Positions 1 through 11,700 of a DNA stretch of 64,000 nt are shown here, in pieces. The translations under genes were made by a program, and so were the position numbers. The notes under the pieces were generated by a model, which was not told the origin of the DNA, searched no databases, and saw only the letters and a list, made by a program, of their open reading frames with translations. This DNA is from Lepidodermella squamata. Lineage: Eukaryota > Animalia > Gastrotricha. Each line of letters begins with the position of its first letter. The stretch's first letter is position 1. The stretch covers positions 62,001-126,000 of the forward strand of contig JBLDXI010000011.1 of NCBI GenBank assembly GCA_047495785.1. The letters are read 5' to 3'.

Positions 1-3000
1 GGTAAATCAGCCATATTCTGGCATCATTCGATAGTGGCAGCATGCGCAAACACGTTTGCAGGCGATTGGCGCACATTTCGGATGACCGATATTTCGCTGC
101 CAGCCAAAACGGCTGAAATCGCAGTTTTGGACCCTTGTACGTAGCGCCACGATGCAGAATCGTGCGCCACCGCGGTAAATCAGCCATATTCTGGCATCAT
201 TCGATAGTGGCAGCATGCGCAAACACGTTTGCAGGCGATTGGCGCACATTTCGGATGACCGATATTTCGCTGCCAGCCAAAACGGCTGAAATCGCAGTTT
301 TGGACCCTTGTACGTAGCGCCACGATGCAGAATCGTGCGCCACCGCGGTAAATCAGCCATATTCTGGCATCATTCGATAGTGGCAGCATGCGCAAACACG
401 TTTGCAGGCGATTGGCGCACATTTCGGATGACCGATATTTCGCTGCCAGCCAAAACGGCTGAAATCGCAGTTTTGGACCCTTGTACGTAGCGCCACGATG
501 CAGAATCGTGCGCCACCGCGGTAAATCAGCCATATTCTGGCATCATTCGATAGTGGCAGCATGCGCAAACACGTTTGCAGGCGATTGGCGCACATTTCGG
601 ATGACCGATATTTCGCTGCCAGCCAAAACGGCTGAAATCGCAGTTTTGGACCCTTGTACGTAGCGCCACGATGCAGAATCGTGCGCCACCGCGGTAAATC
701 AGCCATATTCTGGCATCATTCGATAGTGGCAGCATGCGCAAACACGTTTGCAGGCGATTGGCGCACATTTCGGATGACCGATATTTCGCTGCCAGCCAAA
801 ACGGCTGAAATCGCAGTTTTGGACCCTTGTACGTAGCGCCACGATGCAGAATCGTGCGCCACCGCGGTAAATCAGCCATATTCTGGCATCATTCGATAGT
901 GGCAGCATGCGCAAACACGTTTGCAGGCGATTGGCGCACATTTCGGATGACCGATATTTCGCTGCCAGCCAAAACGGCTGAAATCGCAGTTTTGGACCCT
1001 TGTACGTAGCGCCACGATGCAGAATCGTGCGCCACCGCGGTAAATCAGCCATATTCTGGCATCATTCGATAGTGGCAGCATGCGCAAACACGTTTGCAGG
1101 CGATTGGCGCACATTTCGGATGACCGATATTTCGCTGCCAGCCAAAACGGCTGAAATCGCAGTTTTGGACCCTTGTACGTAGCGCCACGATGCAGAATCG
1201 TGCGCCACCGCGGTAAATCAGCCATATTCTGGCATCATTCGATAGTGGCAGCATGCGCAAACACGTTTGCAGGCGATTGGCGCACATTTCGGATGACCGA
1301 TATTTCGCTGCCAGCCAAAACGGCTGAAATCGCAGTTTTGGACCCTTGTACGTAGCGCCACGATGCAGAATCGTGCGCCACCGCGGTAAATCAGCCATAT
1401 TCTGGCATCATTCGATAGTGGCAGCATGCGCAAACACGTTTGCAGGCGATTGGCGCACATTTCGGATGACCGATATTTCGCTGCCAGCCAAAACGGCTGA
1501 AATCGCAGTTTTGGACCCTTGTACGTAGCGCCACGATGCAGAATCGTGCGCCACCGCGGTAAATCAGCCATATTCTGGCATCATTCGATAGTGGCAGCAT
1601 GCGCAAACACGTTTGCAGGCGATTGGCGCACATTTCGGATGACCGATATTTCGCTGCCAGCCAAAACGGCTGAAATCGCAGTTTTGGACCCTTGTACGTA
1701 GCGCCACGATGCAGAATCGTGCGCCACCGCGGTAAATCAGCCATATTCTGGCATCATTCGATAGTGGCAGCATGCGCAAACACGTTTGCAGGCGATTGGC
1801 GCACATTTCGGATGACCGATATTTCGCTGCCAGCCAAAACGGCTGAAATCGCAGTTTTGGACCCTTGTACGTAGCGCCACGATGCAGAATCGTGCGCCAC
1901 CGCGGTAAATCAGCCATATTCTGGCATCATTCGATAGTGGCAGCATGCGCAAACACGTTTGCAGGCGATTGGCGCACATTTCGGATGACCGATATTTCGC
2001 TGCCAGCCAAAACGGCTGAAATCGCAGTTTTGGACCCTTGTACGTAGCGCCACGATGCAGAATCGTGCGCCACCGCGGTAAATCAGCCATATTCTGGCAT
2101 CATTCGATAGTGGCAGCATGCGCAAACACGTTTGCAGGCGATTGGCGCACATTTCGGATGACCGATATTTCGCTGCCAGCCAAAACGGCTGAAATCGCAG
2201 TTTTGGACCCTTGTACGTAGCGCCACGATGCAGAATCGTGCGCCACCGCGGTAAATCAGCCATATTCTGGCATCATTCGATAGTGGCAGCATGCGCAAAC
2301 ACGTTTGCAGGCGATTGGCGCACATTTCGGATGACCGATATTTCGCTGCCAGCCAAAACGGCTGAAATCGCAGTTTTGGACCCTTGTACGTAGCGCCACG
2401 ATGCAGAATCGTGCGCCACCGCGGTAAATCAGCCATATTCTGGCATCATTCGATAGTGGCAGCATGCGCAAACACGTTTGCAGGCGATTGGCGCACATTT
2501 CGGATGACCGATATTTCGCTGCCAGCCAAAACGGCTGAAATCGCAGTTTTGGACCCTTGTACGTAGCGCCACGATGCAGAATCGTGCGCCACCGCGGTAA
2601 ATCAGCCATATTCTGGCATCATTCGATAGTGGCAGCATGCGCAAACACGTTTGCAGGCGATTGGCGCACATTTCGGATGACCGATATTTCGCTGCCAGCC
2701 AAAACGGCTGAAATCGCAGTTTTGGACCCTTGTACGTAGCGCCACGATGCAGAATCGTGCGCCACCGCGGTAAATCAGCCATATTACACATCTCGTGAGG
2801 GAGTTGCAGCATGCGCAAACACGTTTGCAGGCGATGGCGCACATTTCGGATGACCGATATTTCGCTGCCAGCCCAAACGGCTGAAATCGCAGTTTTGGAC
2901 CCTTGTACGTAGCGCCACGATGCAGAATCGTGCGCCAACCGCGGTAAATCAGCCATATTCTGGCATCTTTCGATAGTGCAGCATGCGCAAACACGTTGCA

Positions 3001-6000
3001 GGCGATTGGCGCACATTTCGGATGACCGATATTTCGCTGCCAGCCAAAACGGCTGAAATCGCAGTTTTGGACCCTTGTACGTAGCGCCACGATGCAGAAA
3101 CGTGCGCACCGCGGTAAATCAGCCATATTCTGGCATCATTCGATAGTGGCAGCATGCGCAAACACGTTTGCAGGCGATTGGCGCACATTTCGGATGACCG
3201 ATATTTCGCTGCCAGCCAAAACGGCTGAATCGCAGTTTGGACCCTTGTACGTAGCGCCACGATGCAGAATCGTGGGCCACCGCGATAATCAGCCCATATT
3301 CTGCAGCATCATTCGATAGTGGCAGCATGCGCAAACACGTTTGCAGGCGATTGGCGCACATTTCGGATGACCGATATTTCGCTGCCAGCCAAAACGGCTG
3401 AAATCGCAGTTTGGACCCTTGTACGTAGCGCCACGATTGCAGAATCGTGCGCCACCGCGGTAATCAGCCATATTCTGGCATCATTCGATAGTGGCAGCAT
3501 GCGCAAACAACGTTTGCAGGCGATTGGCGCACATTTCGGATGACCGATATTTCGCTGCCAGCCAAAACGGCTGAAATCGCAGTTTTGGACCCTTGTACGT
3601 AGCGCCACGATGCAGAATCGTGCGCCACCGCGGTAAATCAGCCATATTCTGGCATCATTCGATAGTGGCAGCATGCGGCAAAACACCGTTTGCAGGCGAT
3701 TGGCGCACATTTCGGATGACCGATATTTCGCTGCCAGCCAAACGGCTGAAATCGCAGTTTTGGACCCTTGTACGTAGCGCCACGATGCAGAATCGTGCGC
3801 CACCCGCGGTAAATCAGCCATATTCTGGCATCATTCGATAGTGGCAGCATGCGCAAACACGTTTTGCAGGCGATTGGCGCACATTTCGGATGACGATATT
3901 TCGCTGCCAGCCAAAACGGCTGAAATCGCAGTTTTGGACCCTTTGTACGTAGCGCCACGATGCAGAATCGTGCGCCACCGCGGTAAATCAGCCATATTCT
4001 GGCATCATTCGATAGTGGCAGCATGCGCAAACACGTTGCAGGCGATTGGCGCACATTTCGGATGACCGATATTTCGCTGCCAGCCAAAACGGCTGAAATC
4101 GCAGTTTTGGACCCTTGTACGTAGCGCCACGATGCAGAATCGTGCGCCACCGCGGTAAATCAGCCATATTCTGGCATCATTCGATAGTGGCAGCATGCGC
4201 AAACACGTTTGCAGGCGATTGGCGCACATTTCGGATGACCGATATTTCGCTGCCAGCCAAAACGGCTGAAATCGCAGTTTTGGACCCTTGTACGTAGCGC
4301 CACGATGCAGAATCGTGCGCCACCGCGGTAAATCAGCCATATTCTGGCATCATTCGATAGTGGCAGCATGCGCAAACACGTTTGCAGGCGATTGGCGCAC
4401 ATTTCGGATGACCGATATTTCGCTGCCAGCCAAAACGGCTGAAATCGCAGTTTTTGGACCCTTGTACGTAGCGCCACGATGCAGAATCGTGCGCCACCGC
4501 GGTAATCAGCCATATTCTGGCATCATTCGATAGTGGCAGCATGCGCAAACACGTTTGCAGGCGATTGCGCACATTTCGGATGACCGATATTTCGCTGCCA
4601 GCCAAAACGGCTGAAATCGCAGTTTTGGACCCTTGTACGTAGCGCCACGATGCAGAATCGTGCGCCACCGCGGTAAATCAGCCATATTCTGGCATCATTC
4701 GATAGTGGCAGCATGCGCAAAACACGTTTGCAGGCGATTGGCGCACATTTCGGATGACCGATATTTCGCTGCCAGCCAAACGGCTGAAATCGCAGTTTTG
4801 GACCCTTGTACGTAGCGCCACGATGCAGAATCGTGCGCCACCCGCGGTAAATCAGCCATATTCTGGCATCATTCGATAGTGGCAGCATGCGCAAACACGT
4901 TTGCAGGCGATTGGCGCACATTTCGGATGACCGATATTTCGCTGCCAGCCAAAACGACTGAAATCGCAGTTTTGGACCCTTGTACGTAGCGCCACGATGC
5001 AGAATCGTGCGCCACCGCGGTAAATCAGCCATATTCTGGCATCATTCGATAGTGCAGCATGCGCAAACACGTTTGCAGGCGATTGGCGCACATTTCGGAT
5101 GACCGATATTTCGCTGCCAGCCAAAACGGCTGAAATCGCAGTTTTGGACCCTTGTACGTAGCGCCACGATGCAGAATCGTGCGCCACCGCGGTAAATCAG
5201 CCATATTCTGGCATCATTCGATAGTGGCAGCATGCGCAAACACGTTTGCAGGCGATTGGCGCACATTTCGGATGACCGATATTTCGCTGCCAGCCAAAAC
5301 GGCTGAAATCGCAGTTTTGGACCCTTGTACGTAGCGCCACGATGCAGAATCGTGCGCCACCGCGGTAAATCAGCCATATTCTGGCATCATTCGATAGTGC
5401 AGCATGCGCAAACACGTTTGCAGGCGATTGGCGCACATTTCGGATGACCGATATTTCGCTGCCAGCCAAAACGGCTGAAATCGCAGTTTTGGACCCTTGT
5501 ACGTAGCGCCACGATGCAGAATCGTGCGCCAACCGCGGTAAATCAGCCATATTCTGGCATCATTCGATAGTGGCAGCATGCGCAAACACGTTTGCAGGCG
5601 ATTGGCGCACATTTCGGATGACCGATATTTCGCTGCCAGCCAAAACGGCTGAAATCGCAGTTTTTGGACCCTTGTACGTAGCGCCACGATGCAGAATCGT
5701 GCGCCACCGCGGTAAATCAGCCATATTCTGGCATCATTCGATAGTGGCAGCATGCGCAAACACGTTTGCAGGCGATTGGCGCACATTTCGGATGACCGAT
5801 ATTTCGCTGCCAGCCAAAACGGCTGAAATCGCAGTTTTGGACCCTTGTACGTAGCGCCACGATGCAGAATTCGTGCGCCACCGCGGTAAATCAGCCATAT
5901 TCTGGCATCATTCGATAGTGGCAGCATGCGCAAACACGTTTGCAGGCGATTGGCGCACATTTCGGATGACCGATATTTCGCTGCCAGCCAAAACGGCTGA

Positions 6001-8417
6001 AATCGCAGTTTTGGACCCTTGTACGTAGCTCCACGATGCAGAATCGTGCGCCACCCGCGGTAAATCAGCCATATTCTGGCATCATTCGATAGTGGCAGCA
6101 TGCGCAAACACGTTTGCAGGCGATTGGCGCACATTTCGGATGACCGATATTCGCTGCCAGCCAAAACGGCTGAAATCGCAGTTTGGACCCTTGTACGTAG
6201 CGCCACGATGCAGAATCGTGCGCCACCGCGGTAAATCAGGCCATATTCTGGCATCATTCGATAGTGGCAGCATGCGCAAACACGTTTGCAGGCGATTGGC
6301 GCACATTTCGGATGACCGATATTTCGCTGCCAGCCAAAACGGCTGAATCGCAGTTTTGGACCCTTGTACGTAGCGCCACGATGCAGAATCGTGCGCCACC
6401 GCGGTAAATCAGCCATATTCTGGCATCATTCGATAGTGGCAGCATGCGCAAACACGTTTGCAGGCGATTGGCGCACATTTCGGATGACCGATATTTCGCT
6501 GCCAGCCAACACGGCTGAAATCGCAGTTTTTGGACCCTTGTACGTAGCGCCACGATGCAGAATCGTGCGCCACCGCGGTAAATCAGCATATTCTGGCATC
6601 ATTCGATAGTGGCAGCATGCGCAAACACGTTTTGCAGGCGATTGGCGCACATTTCGGATGACCGATATTTCGCTGCCAGCCAACACGGCTGAAATCGCAG
6701 TTTTGGACCCTTGTACGTAGCGCCACGATGCAGAATCGTGCGCCCACCGCGGTAAATCAGCCATATTCTGGCATCATTCGATAGTGGCAGCATGCGCAAA
6801 CACGTTTGCAGGCGATTGGCGCACATTTCGGATGACCGATATTTCGCTGCCAGCCAACACGGCTGAAATCGCAGTTTTGGACCCTTGTACGTAGCGCCAC
6901 GATGCAGAATCGTGCGCCACCGCGGTAAATCAGCCATATTCTGGCATCATTCGATAGTGGCAGCATGCGCAAACACGTTTGCAGGCGATTGGCGCACATT
7001 TCGATGACCGATATTTCACTGCCAGCCAAAACGGCTGAAATCGCAGTTTTGGACCCTTGTACGTAGCGCCCACGATGCAGAATCGTGCGCCACCCGCGGT
7101 AAATCAGCCATATTCTGGCATCATTCGATAGTCGGCAGCATGCGCAAACACGTTTGCAGGCGATTGGCGCACATTTCGGATGACCGATATTTCGCTGCCA
7201 GCCAAAACGGCTGAAATCGCAGTTTTGGACCCTTGTACGTAGCGCCACGATGCAGAATCGTGCGCCACCGCGGTAAATCAGCCATATTCTGGCATCATTC
7301 GATAGTGGCAGCATGCGCAAACACGTTTGCAGGCGATTGGCGCACATTTCGGCATGACCGATATTTCGCTGCCAGCCAAAACGGCTGAAATCGCAGTTTT
7401 GGACCCCTTGTACGTAGCGCCACGATGCAGAATCGTGCGCCACCGCGGTAAATCAGCCATATTCTGGCATCATTCGATAGTGGCAGCATGCGCAGAACAC
7501 GTTTGCAGGCGATTGGCGCACATTTCGGATGACCGATATTTCGCTGCCAGCCAAAACGGCTGAAATCGCAGTTTTGGACCCTTGTACGTAGCGCCACGAT
7601 GCAGAATCGTGCGCCACCGCGGTAAATCAGCCATATTCTGGCATCATTCGATAGTGGCAGCATGCGCAAACACGTTTGCAGGCGATTGGCGCACATTTCG
7701 GATGACCGATATTTCGCTGCCAGCCAAAACGGCTGAAATCGCAGTTTTGGACCCTTGTACGTAGCGCCACGATGCAGAATCGTGCGCCACCGCGGTAAAT
7801 CAGCCATATTCTGGCATCATTCGATAGTGGCAGCATGCGCAAACACGTTTGCAGGCGATTGGCGCACATTTCGGATGACCGATATTTCGCTGCCAGCCAA
7901 AACGGCTGAAATCGCAGTTTTGGACCCTTGTACGTAGCGCCACGATGCAGAATCGTGCGCCACCGCGGTAAATCAGCCATATTCTGGCATCATTCGATAG
8001 TGGCAGCATGCGCAAACACGTTTGCAGGCGATTGGCGCACATTTCGGATGACCGATATTTCGCTGCCAGCCAAAACGGCTGAAATCGCAGTTTTGGACCC
8101 TTGTACGTAGCGCCACGATGCAGAATCGTGCGCCACCGCGGTAAATCAGCCATATTCTGGCATCATTCGATAGTGGCAGCATGCGCAAACACGTTTGCAG
8201 GCGGTTGGCGCACATTTCGGATGACCGATATTTCGCTGCCAGCCAAAACGGCTGAAATCGCAGTTTTGGACCCTTGTACGTAGCGCCACGATGCAGAATC
8301 GTGCGCCACCGCGGTAAATCAGCCATATTCTGGCATCATTCGATAGTGGCAGCATGCGCAAACACGTTTGCAGGCGATTGGCGCACATTTCGGATGACCG
8401 ATATTTCGCTGCCAGCC
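1..8417. repeat. 173-bp tandem satellite array, left block (about 48.6 monomers; open at the window start)
   Basis: The monomer GGTAAATCAGCCATATTCTGG...CGTGCGCCACCGC recurs every 173 bp, and the ORF track repeats with the same period. I counted 92/173 GC. Copies at 1-2785 are identical; 2786 to about 7500 carries many 1-bp indels. Confidence 0.99.
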
Positions 8418-8454
8418 TGTCAGGACCACGCGACCCTGTAGTATCGGCGGTCGA

Positions 8455-8542
8455 GAAGTTTCCAGAAACTTCCGCGTTCTCGAACCTGCCAGAACCCAGC
8501 AAGTTCTCGAACCTTCCAGAAACTTCCGATTCTAGAACATTC
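8455..8542 (+). promoter_or_regulatory. Cluster of four heat-shock elements (inverted nGAAn arrays) in LTR U3
   Basis: GAAgtTTCcaGAAacTTC (8455-8472), TTCtcGAAccTGCcaGAA (8477-8494), TTCtcGAAccTTCcaGAAacTTC (8504-8526), TTCtaGAAcaTTC (8530-8542). Confidence 0.88.
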
Positions 8543-8550
8543 CATTGTAA

Positions 8551-8558
8551 TATATAAA
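8551..8558 (+). promoter_or_regulatory. LTR TATA box
   Basis: TATATAAA, 8 bp downstream of the last HSE and about 30 bp upstream of the predicted transcription start (about 8583). Confidence 0.8.
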
Positions 8559-8664
8559 CCCTTGTTTCGCTTATGTTATTTTAATTGTAATATTAACTGT
8601 TTCTTTGCTAATAAACGGCAATACTTAGCTTACAGCTTCTGTGTTTTGCTTCCGCTCTTACACG

Positions 8665-8675
8665 ATATTACAATT
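8665..8675 (+). other. Self-priming type primer binding site (non-tRNA)
   Basis: ATATTACAATT, 2 nt after the 5' LTR, is the exact reverse complement of AATTGTAATAT at 8583-8593 in the LTR. No TGG tRNA-type PBS is present. Confidence 0.8.
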
Positions 8676-8728
8676 CACCCGTTACTGGCTAGCTACCTAT
8701 TGCCATCCGATTCCGATTCACGTCTGCA

Positions 8729-11700
8729 ATGGAAGCTACCGAACTCCATGCCCAGTTGGCCGATCTTCAAGGCCAGAACTATGCGATTAACCAGCGACTC
8801 AACGCCTTCACCGACCAAATCGCACAACTCTGCACCGCTGTCAATGCCTTGCGAGCTGTTGCACCCTCGGTTCAACCCGTTGCTTCGGATCCCGTTGCCC
8901 AAGTCCCGGTTACTACGACTCAGCCGAATGCTTTACGGGCGAAGATACCTGGTCGGTATGCCGGCGATCGGTCTAAGTTCCGAGCCTTTGTCACGCAATG
9001 CCAGATCTACCTACGACTGAATGCAGCCTACTACCCCGATGATTCTGCAAAGGTCGCGTTCATCTGCACTCTGCTGGACGACTCTGCCCGAGATTGGATG
9101 ACGCCCTTTGCCGAGACGAACCACGCCATTATGAGCGATTTTGCGGCGTTCCTGGCAAGTTTCAAGGCGGCCTTCGACGATCCTAATCGCACACGAACAG
9201 CCGAGTTAGCGCTTCAACGGCTCAAACAAGGCAACCGCTCAGTTGCAGTTTACGCTGCCGAGTTTCAGCGCCTGGCTGTCGACACCACCTGGAACGACTC
9301 CGCGCTCGCTCACCAGTTCCGGTTCGGTCTATCCGACGAAATCAAAGATGAGCTGGCCCGTGTTGATTACCCGTCCAACCTGCAAGATCTGATCAACCTG
9401 TCGAACAAAATTGACGCCAGGCTCACAGAGCGTAGGTTGGAGAGAAAGCATCAAGCGATTTTTCCAAGGTCCACGGTGGTTCCTCCCACGATCACCGCTC
9501 CTGCCTCATTGCCGCAAGCAGCAGCACAGCCGGAGCCAGAGCCAATGCAGGTCGACGTTGTTCGCAAACCGTTGACGCAAGCGGAACGAGAATACCGACG
9601 CAAGAACGGCCTCTGCATGTACTGCGGTCAACCTGGCCATGTTATTCGTACCTGCCCGACACGACCTACCACAGCTCGTGTTAGGAAAATTAACAATATC
9701 CAACATGATGTACCTATTGCTGATGATGAAATAAATAATGAAGAATCGTACTCGCGCTCCTCTCTTTTTCTGTTGAGGTCTGTTGTCAACGTCCCAAAGG
9801 ATGACCTTGCTGTCATGGCAATAGCTATGGTCGACTGCGGCGCGGACGGCAACTTCATGGACATCCAGTTCGCCAAGGAGCACGACATCCCGCTGATCGA
9901 AAAGAAGAAACCAATCCCTGTTGGTGGAATAGATGGCCGATCGCTCAAATCTGGTCCGATAACTCATCAAACTGCTCCCTTACAGTTCGAAATCTATGGC
10001 CACATCGAGACTATTGTATTCGAGCTCATCGATAGTCCTCACTACCCAGTCATCCTCGGTATTCCCTGGTTGGAGCTTCACGACCCAACGATCCGATGGT
10101 CGGGAAGAACAATCATGTTCAACGCTGCGCATTGCAAGAAGCATTGCAACGCTGAATTCCAGCATCATTTCGTTGCGGCTGTGAGTCAAGCTACAGCTGC
10201 GCCTGTAGACCCGCTCCAAGGTCTACCTTCAAAATACCATGAGTTTGCTGATGTCTTCAGCGAAAAAGAAGCTGACAAACTACCCCCACATCGGCCATAC
10301 GATTGTCCGATCGATCTCGAACCTGGAACAATGCCACCATTCGGCCCGATCTACAGTTTATCAGAAGTTGAGCTGGAAGCATTGAAGAAATACATTTCCG
10401 AGAACCTGGAGAAAGGCTTCATCCGTTCATCAAAGTCCTCTGCGGGATCTCCCATCCTTTTCGTTAAGAAAAAAGACGGCACCCTTCGGCTATGTGTCGA
10501 CTATCGTGGCCTGAACAAAATCACAAAACGAAACCGGTATCCATTGCCTTTGATTCCGGAACTCCTGGACCGTTTGCGACATGCTAAGATCTTTACTAAA
10601 CTGGACCTCCGCGGCGCTTACAATTTACTCCGGATTAAGGAGGGCGATGAGTGGAAAACCGCGTTCCGTACCAGGTATGGCCTTTTCGAGTACCTGGTTA
10701 TGCCTTTTGGGTTGACCAATGCCCCGGCGGCGTTCCAGTACTTCATGAACGACATATTCCGCGACATGCTGGACATTTGCGTGGTTATCTACCTCGATGA
10801 TATCCTCATTTTCAGCGAAGATCCCAGCAAACACGAGGAACATGTCAGAGAAGTGCTTCGACGGCTGAGAGAAAATCGGCTATTCTCCAAACTGTCGAAG
10901 TGCGAGTTCGATGTCAAGAAGGTCGAATTTCTCGGATTTCACATTTCCACGGAAGGCATTGCCATGGACGAGAAGAAAGTGGCCTGTATCCGCGACTGGA
11001 AACGTCCAACATCCGTGAAAGACATCCAATGCTTCATGGGCTTTGCAAACTTCTATCGACGCTTCGTCGCGAATTTTGCCAAAATTGCGCACCCAATCAA
11101 TCGTCTCCTGAAGAAAAATGCACCTTTTCACTGGGATGACAGCGCCGAACAAGCTTTCAAAACCCTGAAAGAGAAGTTCACTTCAGCTCCCGTTCTGATT
11201 CATCCAGACCCCGATTTGCCGTTCATTGTCGAGACCGACTGTTCAAATTTCGCACTTGGATGCATTCTCTCTCAAGTCCACTCCGATGGCCGTTTGCACC
11301 CTTGTGCTTACTACTCGCGAAGTCTGTCCGACGCCGAGCGGAACTACGATATCCACGACAAGGAACTTTTGGCGGTCAAAGTGGCTTTCGAAGAATGGCG
11401 ACATTACCTCGAAGGTGCTCGCCACAAAATAACGGTTTACTGCGACCACAAAAACCTGGAATACTTCATGAGCCAAAGGAAGATTCTCAGTCAAAGGCAA
11501 GCTCGATGGGCGAACTTTTTCTCGCGATTCGATTTCGTTCTTACGTACCGCCCTGGTAGCAAAGGGGGAAAACCGGACGCCTTGTCCAGAAGACCCGAGT
11601 ACCGCGGAACTGACAAAAATGACGATCCCGAAGCCTCGAGCGTGCTAACCCCTGCCCATTTCCAAGTGATGGCACTCAAATCGTTTTCGTGGTCTTGCCA

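Larger units (their letters stand above)
8418..8662 (+). repeat. 5' LTR (245 bp)
   Basis: TGTCAGGACC...GCTCTTACA; identical by eye to 13176-13420. Confidence 0.97.

Noticed and set aside
76-92. CENP-B-box-like TTCG....A in the monomer
   Set aside because: The CGGG half is absent; only about 5 of 9 essential positions match.
2786-2804. Novel spacer or micro-insertion captured by the satellite
   Set aside because: Better explained as a sequencing barcode remnant, given the coincident onset of read-type errors.
5370-6416. 348-aa ORF in the satellite
   Set aside because: Created by indel errors that shift frames between monomers.
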